Source: Phoronis australis (Eukaryota > Animalia > Phoronida). From it: 64,000 nucleotides of DNA. This document shows positions 39,501 to 54,500 of the stretch, one piece after another. The position numbers and the translations under genes were made by a program. The notes under the pieces were generated by a model. That model saw only the letters and a program-made list of their open reading frames with translations. It did not search any database and was not told where the DNA came from. How positions within the stretch are numbered: the stretch's first letter is position 1; the number at the start of each line of letters is the position of its first letter. The DNA lies in NCBI GenBank assembly GCA_002633005.1, contig NMRA01000014.1, positions 1,646,260-1,710,259 on the forward strand, read 5' to 3'.

Positions 39501-42500
39501 TTAAGCCGGGTGTATGGTCTCCAATGGGACCTGTCAATGGAGTATCAGTGGGGCCATGGTTACGGGTCCATTGAATTGGCGAATCGGACGAGTCACTCCA
39601 ACCACACGTGCCTGTTTCGAAGTTGCACTTCAGTCTTCCAATAGCTACAAATAAGCACACATGTACCATAAAATCTTGCATTTAGGCCATAACAGTTCTA
39701 ATAAAAATCTATCCCGCTAACTAAGGTTAGTTCGCAAATCAGACGTTTTGGTGGAGGTCACGTTCCAGGGGGCGTTAATTGTGATGCTATAGACTGGCTC
39801 CTATTAGAACTATTATGGTATTGACATTTTGCACACTTTGAGCTACTAGAATACGGCGGTATTGCCTTCATGTTGTCGCAGTTGCTGGTGCTTTATTTTT
39901 AACATGTGTGTTCCCAGCACAGATTTGAAGCGACTGATGCGCTAGGAAAGAACTCTGACCTTCATTAGACCAGGTTCGATAGCTTGACTCGGCTGATCAG
40001 ATGTGCGACGAGTCAAAATGTCAAGGACCAAGATAGGATTGTTTTATATCGATAAATGTCTTTTGGGTATGGGGTCCATTTAATGTCTGTGGTCATTTGT
40101 AGCATCATTTGTGTTCCCAGCACAGATGAAGCGACTGGTGAATTTAATACCCCGCTGTACCTGGATGGGGACATATCAAAATTCTGTGAAATCATTGACA
40201 ACGTGATATGACTGACTGTCTATTCTTTTTACAGTTTCCAAATTTTGTCACGCCATTACGGCACCATTCTGGCTTCTCTAAGAGATTCCGCCTTTTGGTT
40301 TTAAATTTCACAAGCCCTCTAAAGGACCAGATGAACACTGGCACACCAATAATAATTATAGGTGCTATGTATCATTTTCAACCAGCAAATACGAATGATT
40401 TTGATTATAATAACGACTTACCACAGAGCCTGGACTTTTATGACCGGCTACTTTTTTTGCAGATTAGTGAAAAAATATGGGCGTTAGTGATGTCCACTGC
40501 CTGTTTGTGGCAACAATCTTAAAGTCCTGCTCTCAAACTGCCCATGTGGTTCCAGTATACGAAAATACTTACTGCATAAATTCTTATTTTCGACACCCTT
40601 TCTTTACATTCTTTTCGCCTTTCTTGCGTTTTCTCGGCCTGGGTTCCTGAATGAATTGTACTTCCGGGTTGGCGGCAAGTTCAAAATGGCGGTGGTTCTT
40701 CGGGTGCGAATCGTGAGTGGCGCGTTCATTTAATTTTTTTCGAGTACGGATCGTGTATTAGTTATGGGGTAGGTACTTCTTGGTTCCTTATAACATCCTC
40801 TAACCATGTAATAAGGGTTAACAACGTGTGAGAGCAGGACTTTAATTTCCCAGGCCATTCTAGAACTAATCCTTCATTGAATTGTTCGAACTTTTTGATT
40901 GGTTGAACGGCAAATATCAGTCCAACCAACATACGGCTTGCAAACCTCACATTGCAATTTCAAAGTTGCGTAATTCCAGCCACAGCTGTTGACATAACAC
41001 AGTTACACATTCACCATCATCTCGCTCCTTAGCCTACAACGGATGTCATTCACGGCCGGAACAAGGCCTACTTACCAGAGGTATCGGAATACAATGGATC
41101 ATTTGCGGCCAAATCAAAACAAGGTCCATCCGTAACTGATAAATCATCAATACCTATGTCGCTCCTGTAACTTAAGCCTCGAACCGCCTCATACGATATC
41201 TAAAAAAAAATCAAATGGTGTTTTTGAAGTCGTTAATGTTCACAGTTTTAAGAGTGAATTGCTTATCGAATCCTGGCAAGGCATCCTCGTCACCAATATT
41301 GTTAATTAATCCTGTGTTTTTCAATCACAGACAGTGAAGATAGACGCGACAAAAATCATTTTGGTTACCTGCGCATTAAATTGTGCCAAACTCAGGTTTT
41401 GGACATGACTACGTGTCAGTGATACTGAAAACATTATTGTCCGAATGTGATGTGAAAACCACGTTCGTGCAACTGCTTGGATTAGAAACGCTGTAGGACT
41501 TTGAATTTACTTGCATGTAACTGTGAACTTATTCAAGGTTTAAAATCACGCTCGGTAACCCCTGAATGCTCCAGATTGATCGGGATGGGTCACATTTCCT
41601 CTTTCATGGGGACAGATTTGTTTGCGTAAAAAATTATTTACTTTTGTATCACAAACACTACTAACTAAAGATAGATGGCGTTCATTGCGGATGTCTTATT
41701 TCATCGCCTCAGTTCACAAAGGGACGGAAGCGTCATTTTACTAGGGCACTCTTAGGTAGAGTTCAGTACGTTGCTGTCTCGCGACCAGAAAATCACATGT
41801 TCTCATTTAAAACACACGTACGCCAACGCATCACGTAATCTCGCAAGGCAATGCTTTTTAGCCACGTCATAGCTATTAGGTCCTAGCGTCACCGAACTCT
41901 ACATGTACCCAAGAGATTTTACAATCGTGTAGCAGGTCTCTATGGATTATATTACATGGTGCCAAAAGTTTTAACTGAAAAATCACCAACGAATTTCGAA
42001 TTACTCGTTCTAATATCAAAGTGAGTGTTTCTGCCACGGTATTCTGGAGCAGAATAAATAGGTGAAGTGATATGCCAATCGCTTTCGGCCTTTCCAGTTG
42101 CACAGTACATGTATCTGCAAAACTGGACCCAGGTGGCATTGGGTAGAAAACGATTCTGCCCTAATTGGCTATATTACAGATTACGAGCATAAATCACATG
42201 ATCACGCCACAACCTGCTCACATTACTGTCATTGTGCATGTTACAGTTAATTGCAACCACAATTCGGGCTTAAAACTTTAGAATAATTAGGAAATTAAGT
42301 CTTGCCCTCTCAGCTGACGTACACATGGAATTTACGGAATGCAATTTCTCATGTGGCAGCTACTCTTGCAATGGGCAATGGTATTGCAATCTCAGTTGTT
42401 CCTCATACCAAGAAGGCTGCAGAAGAATAGGTGGAGTTCACAGATATACTCGGACTTGTACTTCGTTGAATAATGCGAAAATAATCGAAAACCTTATTGG

Positions 42501-45500
42501 AAACTCGCACGGTGACTAATTCCTGCTGTATCTCCATGGTGGCTCTAGAGCTAATAAATTTGCACATTATGAATCAACCTACAGCTGGTCTTCCGCTAAC
42601 GTAATGAGCAAAATGATCCCTGTAGACAGAAACACCTTAGCATAAACACGATCTCATTTACTCATTACGGATAACCCTACTTCACTTCTATTCTACCACA
42701 AGTCTGCCAGGCGTTCAACTTATTGGACGAGCTCACAAACTTATTGCAATGCGTTCCAGTTTAAAAGGATTCGTTAATCTAGACATGGCAAAGATAAGTT
42801 GCAAAGGGTCCACAACCGAAAGCCGTACCGAAAATCTGCCAGATGGCTGAAATTCCACTTGTCCCTTATGCCAACCGGCGCCCTGGTCGCCAGACTTGGA
42901 CCAGAGGAGGTTGGTGGAATGAGTCTCCGTCAGGTAGACGTGCAGTGAGCCCATTGTGCTTCCATACATGCTGTAGTAAAATGTTGTGCATTTGATACCT
43001 GCTCCCTGTTAATGAAATAGTGAAAATAGTTGGGTTATAAATATGGATGGCAATGACAGTCAGTTAAACTTCTCCATGTAGCAATTCTAATTGACAAAAA
43101 ACGTGCTTTATATAGTAAAATCAATTAATTCTAATACGCCAAATAGATCAGAGGTCTGTTTTATGAAAAGTAACTGAGACTTCGGACAGAAAATTGGCGT
43201 TTCGTTCCACACAACAACTTATGAAAACTGATCAAATCTCATTTGAGCAAACGTGCAAATCTCTTATAATACAGACATAACTGCTAGTCACTGAGATGCT
43301 AACTATGCATTATTTCTGGACTAAACCTTTATTCAGCAATTGAGAAGTGCGACAGTAATACCAAATTCCTGTCTTAAATCTAAAGTCACTTTTCATGAAA
43401 CACACTCAAGGCTACATATTTAACTGTGTATTGTGACCTACAGAATTCTGAAAATAAATGTAAAATGTGCGCCATTGATCCGTTAAAGTATAACTAAGCT
43501 TCATTTTCATTCCTATGAAGGCCATGCATACTATTCAATACTAATTTGCGAACGGCACTAAATGTCAAAACTACCCACGGTGCGAGTACTTACGTTCATT
43601 TCCGGAGATAGTATCCTGGCATTCTCCCCAGGGGTTCTAGGTGATGACGTTTCAAAGTAGAGGTACCTGCCTAAACAAAAGAACATCATTACGCTTGCAA
43701 CAAAGTTTATGAATCTGGAGGTTGTCTCAAATTGTAATCGTGTCACACTAGTGCAGTGAAATAAAATACAATATTCGTGTACGGTACATGTATAACACAG
43801 TGAAACTTAAGAGCTGGAGGTACAAATTTGCCAAAACGCCACCAGTGTAACCATAGACTATAGTACATGGACCGCCAACTCCGTATATTTTCAATCGAAG
43901 AAATCTGTGATCTTACGCAGAAGCCCTGACGAATAGCGACACCTGTAAAGTTACCAAGTTTTACTTCAAGTCTGGAAAGTACATTGTCCTGCTAACCATG
44001 GTCAGCTGTTGTGTGGTCGAGTGCTAAAAGTACTCACGATACCAACAGGTCTACTATTGAAAGACTTTTAACAGCGTTTCAATGCCGAAATTTTTTTTTC
44101 GTTGTACTGGACAGTAAAATAGGTGCGAAAATTTCCTGATACAATACCTTAACCGGAAACTGAAAATGGCGCCTCCTCTAGGATACTACGCAAGAAAATG
44201 TCGGAGTTGCGAATCTGTTGTCTGTGATCTATGGTGTACATGTAACATATGGGCGGCGCAGCACTGAAATAAGTGGGGACTAAAGCCTCCCAGCTCACTT
44301 TGTTGTGCCACGTGGCACATGAGTACTCATGTGAACAATGGCGGCGCAGCACTGACATAAGTGGGTGGCTTTAGCACCCCCTGCCTCTTATGTTGCGCCA
44401 CCCATGTAACAGCGGTTCAGTTTTGGTTCACTTGTGTCTAAAACTTTCGTATACGCCTCTAGGTCTCCTGCGCCAAAAGGGGCATAAGTATGATCGAAAA
44501 AGAGCTATCATTAGATTTGATATTTTAAAGAACAAAATTGCACCCATAACTGTTTTGAGATGAAAAACTTATGTGTTACAATACTCTATCAGAAGGAAAA
44601 ATTGATTAAACAATTGGCATTGGAAGTGAAATTACGTTTTCTGATAACATCAACACCAACACCGATAGAAAGCCAAACAATGCAGCCAGATCGAAAGTTG
44701 AAAAAAGCTGTTAAAGTGGGCTTCGCCAGTCTCAGCGCGTGCTCTCCAGCGATGCTCAGATTAATAAGCTGTGTGCAGTATCATACCCGGCTCGGTAACA
44801 ACAATAGCCTCACTTTCATATTGTCGCAATTCATGCCAGCAACGCTTACGTCATGCATCTATAAAAATCATTCAATGGTCGAAGTTAAGTTTCACAACTC
44901 GGCCTGAAATTCGGTAAGACTTAACAGGGACCTTTTCACGAAAGGCTTTTGTGATGGTCACTCTGACATCCATCAATAGTTACTTGGGATTTCTGAGACT
45001 AATAACAAATTTACACGAGACTTTATGTTCAAAAGAACATCTCATTAACAAGCTTGCGACACGTAAACACTTAATCGACTTAATTTTACGTTATGGCACA
45101 ACTGGGAACTAAGTAACTGTTCCGAGTCCAATTGTGGGTACGCTAAGGTGTTTAACCGATCCAAAGTGACCATGACACCATTACGTACAGTGTACATGTA
45201 AACCTCTTCCGTGGCATTAACATGTAAACGTAAGCCTACGGGTCACCATGTGCCTTCACTGGGAACCCATTGCTCGAGAAGGCCTGCAGGTAAATGTATT
45301 TGTTACTTCACGCATCAATGCCATAACAACTAACGGGCATGACTCACACAAGCAGTTGCCTTCGATTTCTTGGTGAACTTCAACAATTACTGTGCAAGCA
45401 AATTAGTGCGATCAACTTGTTAGTGCGCATGTGCAAATGTGAGTACCCAAATTCGTGAGAAAAGCTAAGCTCTGAGCATATCACAAGACATGTGTTGTGA

Positions 45501-48500
45501 GCGCGTTTTGTGTCAGTTTGTCATGAGACGACAATCAGGTAGTTACTGTCGGGTTTGGATATCTCATCATTCTTAAATATATCCCCATCAACGCCGATTT
45601 TATCTAAATGAAATAAAAGAATGAAAACAAAATGATAATAGTGGTCAAAACAAACCATGGTATGAACGAAAACAGCCGATTAAATGGTGCCATCTCATTT
45701 GCGTTTTCAAATGTTGGATCTCATTTCTAGGCACAAAGCTTCGTCATGCCTTTGTCAAACAGATAGTCACTTCTGGGAACGCTCGTAGGGGTTTAGATTA
45801 GTTCAACATGCACGCATATGTGTGAACAGCCAGGAACATCTATCCAGCTGAACCACGGTCGTACCATAATTATTCAACAGGGGTCGTCTAATGCAAAAAT
45901 TGTTGGCGACCAATGGAAGGTTTACGGGAAGCAATGGGGGCTGATCCCGTGGGACCGCTGACTCATATCGCCAGCTACCGCTGGCATAGGGGACAGTTTG
46001 ACTTCATGAAAAGACCTTTTCACAGTGAATGTCATCACACGGAATAACAAAAGCTAAAATGCCTCCTCGTCCTCCAGAGGCCACTGGTATCCGGTCCGAC
46101 GTGACCAGCCGCCAAGAAGTTGCTATTTAACAGTCTCCCATTGGGGGTGAAATTTTTGGCAATTTGGGGTCATTTCTCAATAACGGGGTACCCGGAACGC
46201 AAAGATGAAACGAAGGTTGACCGGCGCAGTACTGTTTATAATGAACGCGGGGCAAGGAACCTCTTCCGTGGCTACTCCCATGAATTGGACATTTTAAGAG
46301 AACCAGACGATGGCACCGTCAGTAATGAATCAGTTAATGAGTAGGAGCAAATGAATATAGAAACAAAAGATTAAATCAAAAGTGCACCAACGGGTTTTGT
46401 ATGGCACCATCACCGCCGCCACCTTCGACAAGTCACCACCACCAACACTATCACCTCCACCTACAACGCCCATTCACTAACCGCGACACGTGGTATGGTC
46501 GCATGACGGACCCGTGAGAGCTGACTTCGTAGGACCCTTATTGAGGGTGAACTTCAACTGTGTGACTGTTTTGAATCCACACAAATCAGCCTCGAATGTG
46601 CAATTAAACAAAACCTTGCTGCCATTGCGAACTGAAAGGTGCGAAATCATGTTTGAAGACAATTTAATTTTAGCAATACAGCGTACAAGTGTTAGTCACG
46701 TGTTCATGTGGTCAGGTCTTTGGTCAGGTTTACCTTCCAAGGTGTTTGACAATGTTAAGTCAAAGTCTAACCATTCAAGTACCGTGACAGCGAATCTTCT
46801 CTGACTGACCCCGGCCAGTTCTGTATCTCGATACCTTTCCACTACACGCCTAATTTCGTTAAAACCATTGGATTACAAAGAAACTTGATTTACTGTATAC
46901 GCATACAATGTACACCGATTGGTAAGGATGAACTAGGACTTGTTTGACAACAGAAAATACCTTCAAGACTTAGAATGCATGTAACAAGTATTCGCCATTA
47001 CTTACTTGATTGCTCAGGGATGCGCAGATCGTTTTGGGAAAGCGCGTTACGATCAGCAAGGATGATGTCATCAATAGCAATATCACTTAGATAACTAGTT
47101 CCAGAGGTCGCCTCGAAAATTATCTGAAAATATGTTTATCGATTTATGACAGCTGCCCACCTCAGTTGAAAGTTTGTATAATAATTTTGTGTTTAGGCAA
47201 CGGCGGAATACTTACTTGCACTTTCAGCATCTTTAGGATGACCAAAAGGATTTAACACTTCACAAATATGAACAAATTCAATCGCAGCTCATGGCGTTTG
47301 ACTGTCGTCCAAGACAGTACGGTGTTGAAAATGGTTGCGGGACAGTAAATCAGACCAACCATCTTTTTGTTCTTTTAATTCTCAAAAGGACCTCCATATT
47401 AATATTTATGTTTCTGTTAAACTCGAGTTTGAGTTCGTTTGGACGAAACTTGTGCTTACAGTAGGGCCACTACTTTGAACGACCCTCGAACATATTCTCG
47501 TTATGTAAGTTATGGTTATTTTCTGATAAACGGTGACAAACTGAAATACGCCTTGTCGCTAGGTGTTGACAGAGTATATATAGGACCGCGTTATGCGCTT
47601 TTGTACTTATGGAAATTTGTTGGAATGGGATTTCCAAATGTTTTATTATTTTTTGTGACAATCACGTAGTCAACTGTGGGGAGGTGGGTTAGTCGAAAGA
47701 TTCACGCGGAAATGCCCAATGTCTCAAAATACTTGGTAATAGAGGAATTCATTCGTCTCTGTAATTATGGCAATACTTGCACGTCAAAACTAGAAATTGA
47801 GTCGAGCGAAAGACGATTTCAATCTCGTTATCTCGCACAAAGCCAAAGAGTTTCATGTCAAATAATCTGTCCTTCAAAGGTTCGCGAAATACTGACCACG
47901 TTTCATAAATACCGTACACGAATCGCCATACATGTAATACTCCTAACTGTCGCTACAGTTTCAATTCCGTATGTGTTAACTTTGAGCATCCAAAAAGTAA
48001 TTTTGATTTTTGGCAAACATGTAATAAGTCAAGTTGTAAGACCCAAACTGAAATAATCAATAGCAACATTTATCACTGGTGCTGTGGTTCAGGGATGAGT
48101 CACGGAATCAATTAAAACCCACCTGAAATGGTCGCAGGGGTTTTATTAACACGTTTCCTTCCAACCAGCGCTCTCCCTTATTTCCTGAAGTCGTAAAGAG
48201 GGGGTAGTCAGGCTGACCACTTTCCCGTTGTATAACGCGCAAAGTTCCCATGCCTTGTCCGTGCATTGAGTAGTAAAACCTTCAAAAACATGGAGAGCGT
48301 TTCGATTACACATTGATCGAGTATGTGCATTTGAAATTATGCTCAAGCCAATAATTACAAAAATTAGCTGGTTAAAAAACGAAAAAAAGAATAATAGCTC
48401 TTATCAAGTCGACCTCACTTGGCTCAAAATATTCCATGTGGGAATGTGTTTTCGTTCCCAAGTCACAGGCAATGAGTACTAGACCCATTTGCGATTTGAC

Positions 48501-51500
48501 AATTTTAGGATTGGCTAATAAACATTGAAGAGCTTTCTTCAAGTCGCTGATGGTTGCAATGTCTTAATAGTAAAGGAAATGGAATCATCCCACTATAAAT
48601 AACATGAGAGTAAAAGGTAAACTACAGATTTTAAACAACGAAGCAGGGCGAGATAAAGTTTTAATAACAACAGTTACGGTCAGAATGTTTTTGTTCGAAT
48701 TTACTGTTTCTTAGTGCCAAGGCTGATGAAAACGAGGTTTTAGTGTAGTGGCTTATCCAAGAAACTTCGTCACTCTGTAGATGTTGACTTTTCGTCCGAA
48801 TTTGTTTACCATTTGATCACCTATTTTGTCTCTTGTTGTATATCAAAACAATACAACTTGTATTAATGAATTGCCAAATTTGGATGAAGGGAAAAATGAC
48901 AAGTCGAAATGGAGCTTATTCCCAGTAGACTTGTAAGAATATTGTCACGTTATGTGCTATGCTCTCAAGCTACAGACCGCCGTTAATAATGGCAGTATTG
49001 AAGCATCCCTGCCAAAGTTCTTTATCGCAGTCACAGGAAGACTCAGTAGTCGTACACGAAATAAGATATCCACTTTTCAAAAATATTCCAAATCTTAAGA
49101 ACTCTATCAAAACCCGTGGGAAGTGTTCTATTTGGATTCCCTAACACAAATCTACAAACATTTCCTAGTTTTTCAAGGAAAGTGTCCAGTCCACTGTTCA
49201 AAGCTTAGATCTATATGATTTGCTGCAGCTTTTTAGTCATGTCGTCGCAGTGCAGCAAAGTGTTTTAAAATAAATAAATTAAATTAATGGGCTTACTTTA
49301 AACACAATACTTTTGCGAACCGGTGAATTACAGGTGAAATCAGTCTCGCTTTATCGCCACTTTGTGTCGGCTGAGAAGCTTCAAGAAACATGTAATGGCC
49401 TATAAGAAACGAAAGAAAGCGTTCTAGATCACCGCAAACATGGCGGGAACAAACCACGCAGATTTAGAATTTTGCCTGATCAGCTGAAATAAGAGACTAA
49501 AAACATACTATATGTAGGCAGTCATAACTATTTTCCTCTTATCTCGTCAGTTGCTTTTTGTTCCAACTGTTTCCTTATTGGCTTTTCAAGATAATATAAA
49601 AAAGCTTGTCGTATCAACGCCTTTTTTGCTATTCACTGAATGTATTCAAGCAATTAAGTCGTTAGCAAGTTTAGGCCCTACAACTTCCGGGTTGTTGGAA
49701 AGCGAGACATGCCAACTATAGTTGTGTTCAATAGACGAGCTTGAAACTTCATCCAAAGTCGAACACCTACACGTAGGCTAAAATTGTAATGGGTACCCAA
49801 TATCTACTTTGTTGAAAAGGTCTTGCATAGCATGTGCGTATACCTTCCGTTGTTCTCAAGGTGTGATCATCGTTCGGTCCCGTTTGGTCGCTAGGTGTCC
49901 CTGCGTGTTGTCTTGTCCAATCGCGGTCATCCGTGTCGTCTTGTGTCCACCCGCACAAAGATTCTTCAAAGTTACAGTAGTTGATCTTTCCGGCTGCACA
50001 ACACGATCAATAAACGAACATTAACTCTCAAGTGTCAGGTATGAATTGAGGGATTGGGAAAGGAGGTCACGTATAAAGTATCGTGGTTGCCTAAGTACAG
50101 GAACTCCTCCACTATCAAGCATGTACAGTATTATCAAGACATACAATCCAAATTTTAAAAATAGCTTAGTGATTCAATTCTCTATCAATGACGGACAGCA
50201 ACTACATTTAAGTGTAAAAAAATTAACGTGGCACTTTGACGGAATGTTATCTCATTCCATTTTGCCGCTGACAATCTAAATGACGTCACCAACATTTCTG
50301 TCGAAAAGCTGCTCTTGGCAGCTAGTGTTTGCTCTTGTGAGTGACGGACCTAGAATTCTGGCGCTCTAATGCATATGATTAACCGGTTTTATGAGAGTAA
50401 AGGTTCCAATTCTATCTTCGTCTTTCGCCACCTATCCACGTCGAAATGCAGTTTAAACTCAGTATATTAGCAGCCCGGCTATGGGTAGTTTTCTTATACA
50501 CACACCAACACAAAGAGGCTGGGAGGAAGTCCATTCCCCGTTGTCCATGCAGTATCTCTGGTTACTTCCAATCAAAGTGAACCCTCGTCGACACGAGTAA
50601 GTCATCGTAGCACCAACAGCGAAACTGGCACCCTCTCGGAAGCCATTTTCAGGAAGACCCGGGTCGTTACATCGTGTAACATCTGAAAATCAGTATAAAT
50701 TGTAATTATAAACGGAATTTTGGCAATTTTGAGAAACACACCCTTTACAATACGCAACTTTAAACGGATCAAAACGAATCCATAATCAATTATCACAGAG
50801 GTTGTTTATATTTGAAGACGGTGTCTGTATTCATTCACCGCTTTTCACGATTGGTATGTCTTTTTCTTCATCCTTTTCAATAACTCGTGTACTGAAATGA
50901 TACCCTTTTCAAAAATGTTCGTTCTGTCCTACACTTCGAGGACATACCCTTCCGCAAAACTTCATAGAGATCATAGAGTCAATATGTCTAAGTCAGGCTG
51001 CAGTTGGGTAACGTAGAGTGAAATTTTAATGAATCGTAAGAGAATATTGAGAATTGTCAATCACATTTAACACATGGTTTAGGAAAGTTCGTCCATTCAA
51101 ATGAAGAGTTTTAAAATTGTTGTGGGCACCGTGTAAGAGTGAGCCAGACACCAGATTTGGGAACTTTTCGTCGGAGTTTTCCAAGTTTTCGTGAATCTAA
51201 CGCATTTCCAGAATTCCACAAATCGCGTTCGTATCACGAAAACAACCGTTACGCCATTTTTGTAAGTTCTTGTTCGCAGATATACAGCGCGATACCTATA
51301 GAGTAGATATTAATTAATTCAAAGCAAGATGTAGGCCTACAAAGTCAATTGCCGTACATGTAGGATCATATTGGGCGGCAGTTTGTAAAATACAATGATT
51401 GTCGTTGCCAACTGTGGGTTATGGGAATGAGAATACACTTTTGAACAATTATTGTCTTGACACAAACATTTCAAGTCTGGTATCCACGCTACCTGTTGGC

Positions 51501-54500
51501 CACACATGTGACCTAATGACCAATTGTCTGCAAGATTTCTGCCTCCGAGTCGACCAGGACTGGAACCCGGGACCTTCTGCCAACCGTGCAGACACTCCAA
51601 TCCACTGAGCCAAATCAGACATTGGACATCTTGTCCATAAATTCCTGAGTGTATATAATGTGTGCGAATCTTGAACTGGTTTAAAATATAGATCACATAT
51701 ATTTTAAGCCTGGTCTGCACACCACCTGTGGTCACATCACGTGACTTGTCTTGACACTTCAAGAAGAATGGATGCTGACAGTCTTCACCACTCATTGATT
51801 AGATAGACAATTCCCAAACAAGTACTGTAGATTACAACATTCAATAAGACAATTGGAAAAGTTTACTCACTGCAGTTATATAGCATGTTGACCTTAAAAA
51901 TATCAATGGGACTCAGTCTTTCTCGTTGACCCATCTCTGTAGCGGCAACTGGGTCATTGCCTAAGGGAATAATAGTTGGCATGGTTGGATTGATGGCAAA
52001 AGCGTTGGCCTTGTAGTGAAGGATGGACCCATAGTCGTAAGGGGCTCCCAGAGTAGACTGCTTGGTTATAGAGTACTTGGCAAAATTCATTCTGTGCACT
52101 GAAACAATGAGTAAAATTTTGAAGTAAGAATTTAATGGAAGAGGAATAAACGGTGAACAATGGTACATGTGTACTTGTTTTCAAAATAAACGTGGTAGAC
52201 ATTGGTAGAGCTGTTTCAAACAGATGAAAACCTGAAACTGTGAATGCCTACAAATATGTACCGGAAGGAAATCAAGTTACTGCTTGACCACCAGGTTTCA
52301 CTGCATGTAGGCATTCTGAGAGCACTCAAAACTCGGCTCGAAAATCAACCAATAACATGACTAATTTCAAGTAAACTTAGACATTTTTACCCGAATCATG
52401 GTTGGTTTCGAGTCTGAGTCTGTATCAAGTGTGAGTTAGGAGATTACACCTTGGTCACAGAAAACAACGTGATACAAAAGCGTCCAGACCAGGGGCACGT
52501 TTCATGAAAAGTGACTTAAACTTTAAGTAAGGAATTTTGTCTTACGGTCCCCCCTCACAATTTTCAAATAAAGATTTAGCCATGCAGTAATTAGCACATC
52601 ACATTAACACATGCAAGTTCTCTGAGTAACAAGCATTCATGGACATATTCTGAGGGACCTTGTGTACTTTTGCTAAAGTGAATTTCAGAAGTAGTTGTTT
52701 GGGCCGTGAGACCGAATTTTTAACTTCAGTCTAGAGTCACTTTTCATGAAAAGAGACCATGATGTGTTGTATAATGGCTGCACTATAGATAAAACTACAG
52801 CTGTGTCCCATCCTTGAAACTAAACCATGTCAAAAGGACTTCTGGCTCAGCCTTTGGATGCAACGAATTGCTACTATGCTAGTAACCATACTAAAACAAT
52901 CAATAAGTCTTTCTTAACAGTTGGCTGTTGTGTTGTAGCCGTTACAGGGTATTCATTGAATGTTATCAGGCATGTTTTCCGTAGTGGTTAGAATCTCGCG
53001 AAAACGCAAACTAACGTCCTTGTCGAGATTTTTACCCATTGCCCAATTGCCCATTGATTTAATCACACATACATCGTATTGTTGGTAAACATGCATGTAC
53101 ACGTTTACAGGAGATAGAGTCAAGAAAACCGAATAAAAAACTCACTACTCAGTACATTGTCGAGGTCTATCCTAACATATTCGTCCCTATCCCATCGGCT
53201 TTGTTCGTGCCAGAATCCAAGGGAGTGCATGAGTTCGTGGAGAATAGTTCCTTTCGTTCGGCAGGCGTTTGACAATGAGAGGTTCTGCATTCCTCCCTGA
53301 CGTCCAACAGAACTAAAGCACCTGCCATAAGTAACATGCAGAATACATTACAATACTGAAGACTGCAAACGTCTTCGGTGGATTGAGGAATCGGGAGTAT
53401 CGACATTCACTTAGACCGGCTAACGAACGAAGGATCCACTATTGGTTGTGAAGGCATTGAGAATAGCGAGAGATTTACTAACACTGAGAAGCTCATAGGA
53501 TCAAGGCCCTACACCGTACATGTACATGACTGCTTGGGCATGCATTTGTGTATTTGACGACCGTTTTTTTGGCGCTACTTAGAGCGTGTGAAAGTTCTCG
53601 TCCCTCAATATGTTGTATATTTTGGAGAACAAAAATTGGTGATTAAAAAACAAAAAATCCTAAACAAGGAAACATGGTCTGTAATTATAAAAAATATCAT
53701 ACAGGAGAAATTGAAATGGTAGTGTGTACGTTTTAAAAGTTCTAAGAGATGTTGAGTTTTTTATGATTTAAGATACATGATAACTGATCTGTTAGGACTA
53801 CAAGTATACCAATGGTTCGATTTTACATTCTGTTCACAAAATGTACATATTCTGCTTTGAATGTTGTTAATTATTAAATCTCGTACTCGAAGTACATCAA
53901 TATGGTTTACAGCCCGCAAACCATGAGCTCAGTCAGATTGTCATATAAATAAGACTCTTTAGACTAACGTTTATACTCTAACCAATTCACATTTCAGATA
54001 ATTGTCACTAAGTAAATCAATGGTCGTGACCTGACTCAACAAATTTGCGAATAGTTTAAAATATTAAAAGGTACACACATGTTATAATGCTTTTGGTTAA
54101 ACTTCAGTCATCATTTTTGCAGGCGACTTTGGACTCCACTATTTCGTTCAATGCACGTGACAGACACAACAATCTGCACTCGTTATTGTGAATGCGTGCT
54201 AAAAATGACTACATACTAGTAATCACTCAACTGATTCATACTGAGGAAGCATGGGCGAGCTTTAGAAATTTGTTTCCGCGTGCCAGACACTGCATGGCTT
54301 CACGGAAACATCCAGGGAACCAATACAAGAATCCCACGCTTCCTGACGACAGCAGAAACTAGATACAACAATCGCGTATGAAGGGGGCAATCGTGACACT
54401 TCTCCAGCTCTAGAACTATGTGTAGGTATGAACTATGAGAAAAAAGCGGCAACTCACCCATTTAGCGGCAAGATATTTACATAATCAACCTCGTTATCCC

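Noticed and set aside
39907-40138. ~30-bp direct repeat TGTGTTCCCAGCACAGAT(TT)GAAGCGACTG
   Set aside because: Real, but only two short copies in an intron; most simply a local duplication with no evidence of function.
51550-51622. Possible tRNA gene
   Set aside because: A and B boxes are present but I could not fold a convincing cloverleaf, and the sequence continues into a non-tRNA body; a SINE head fits better.
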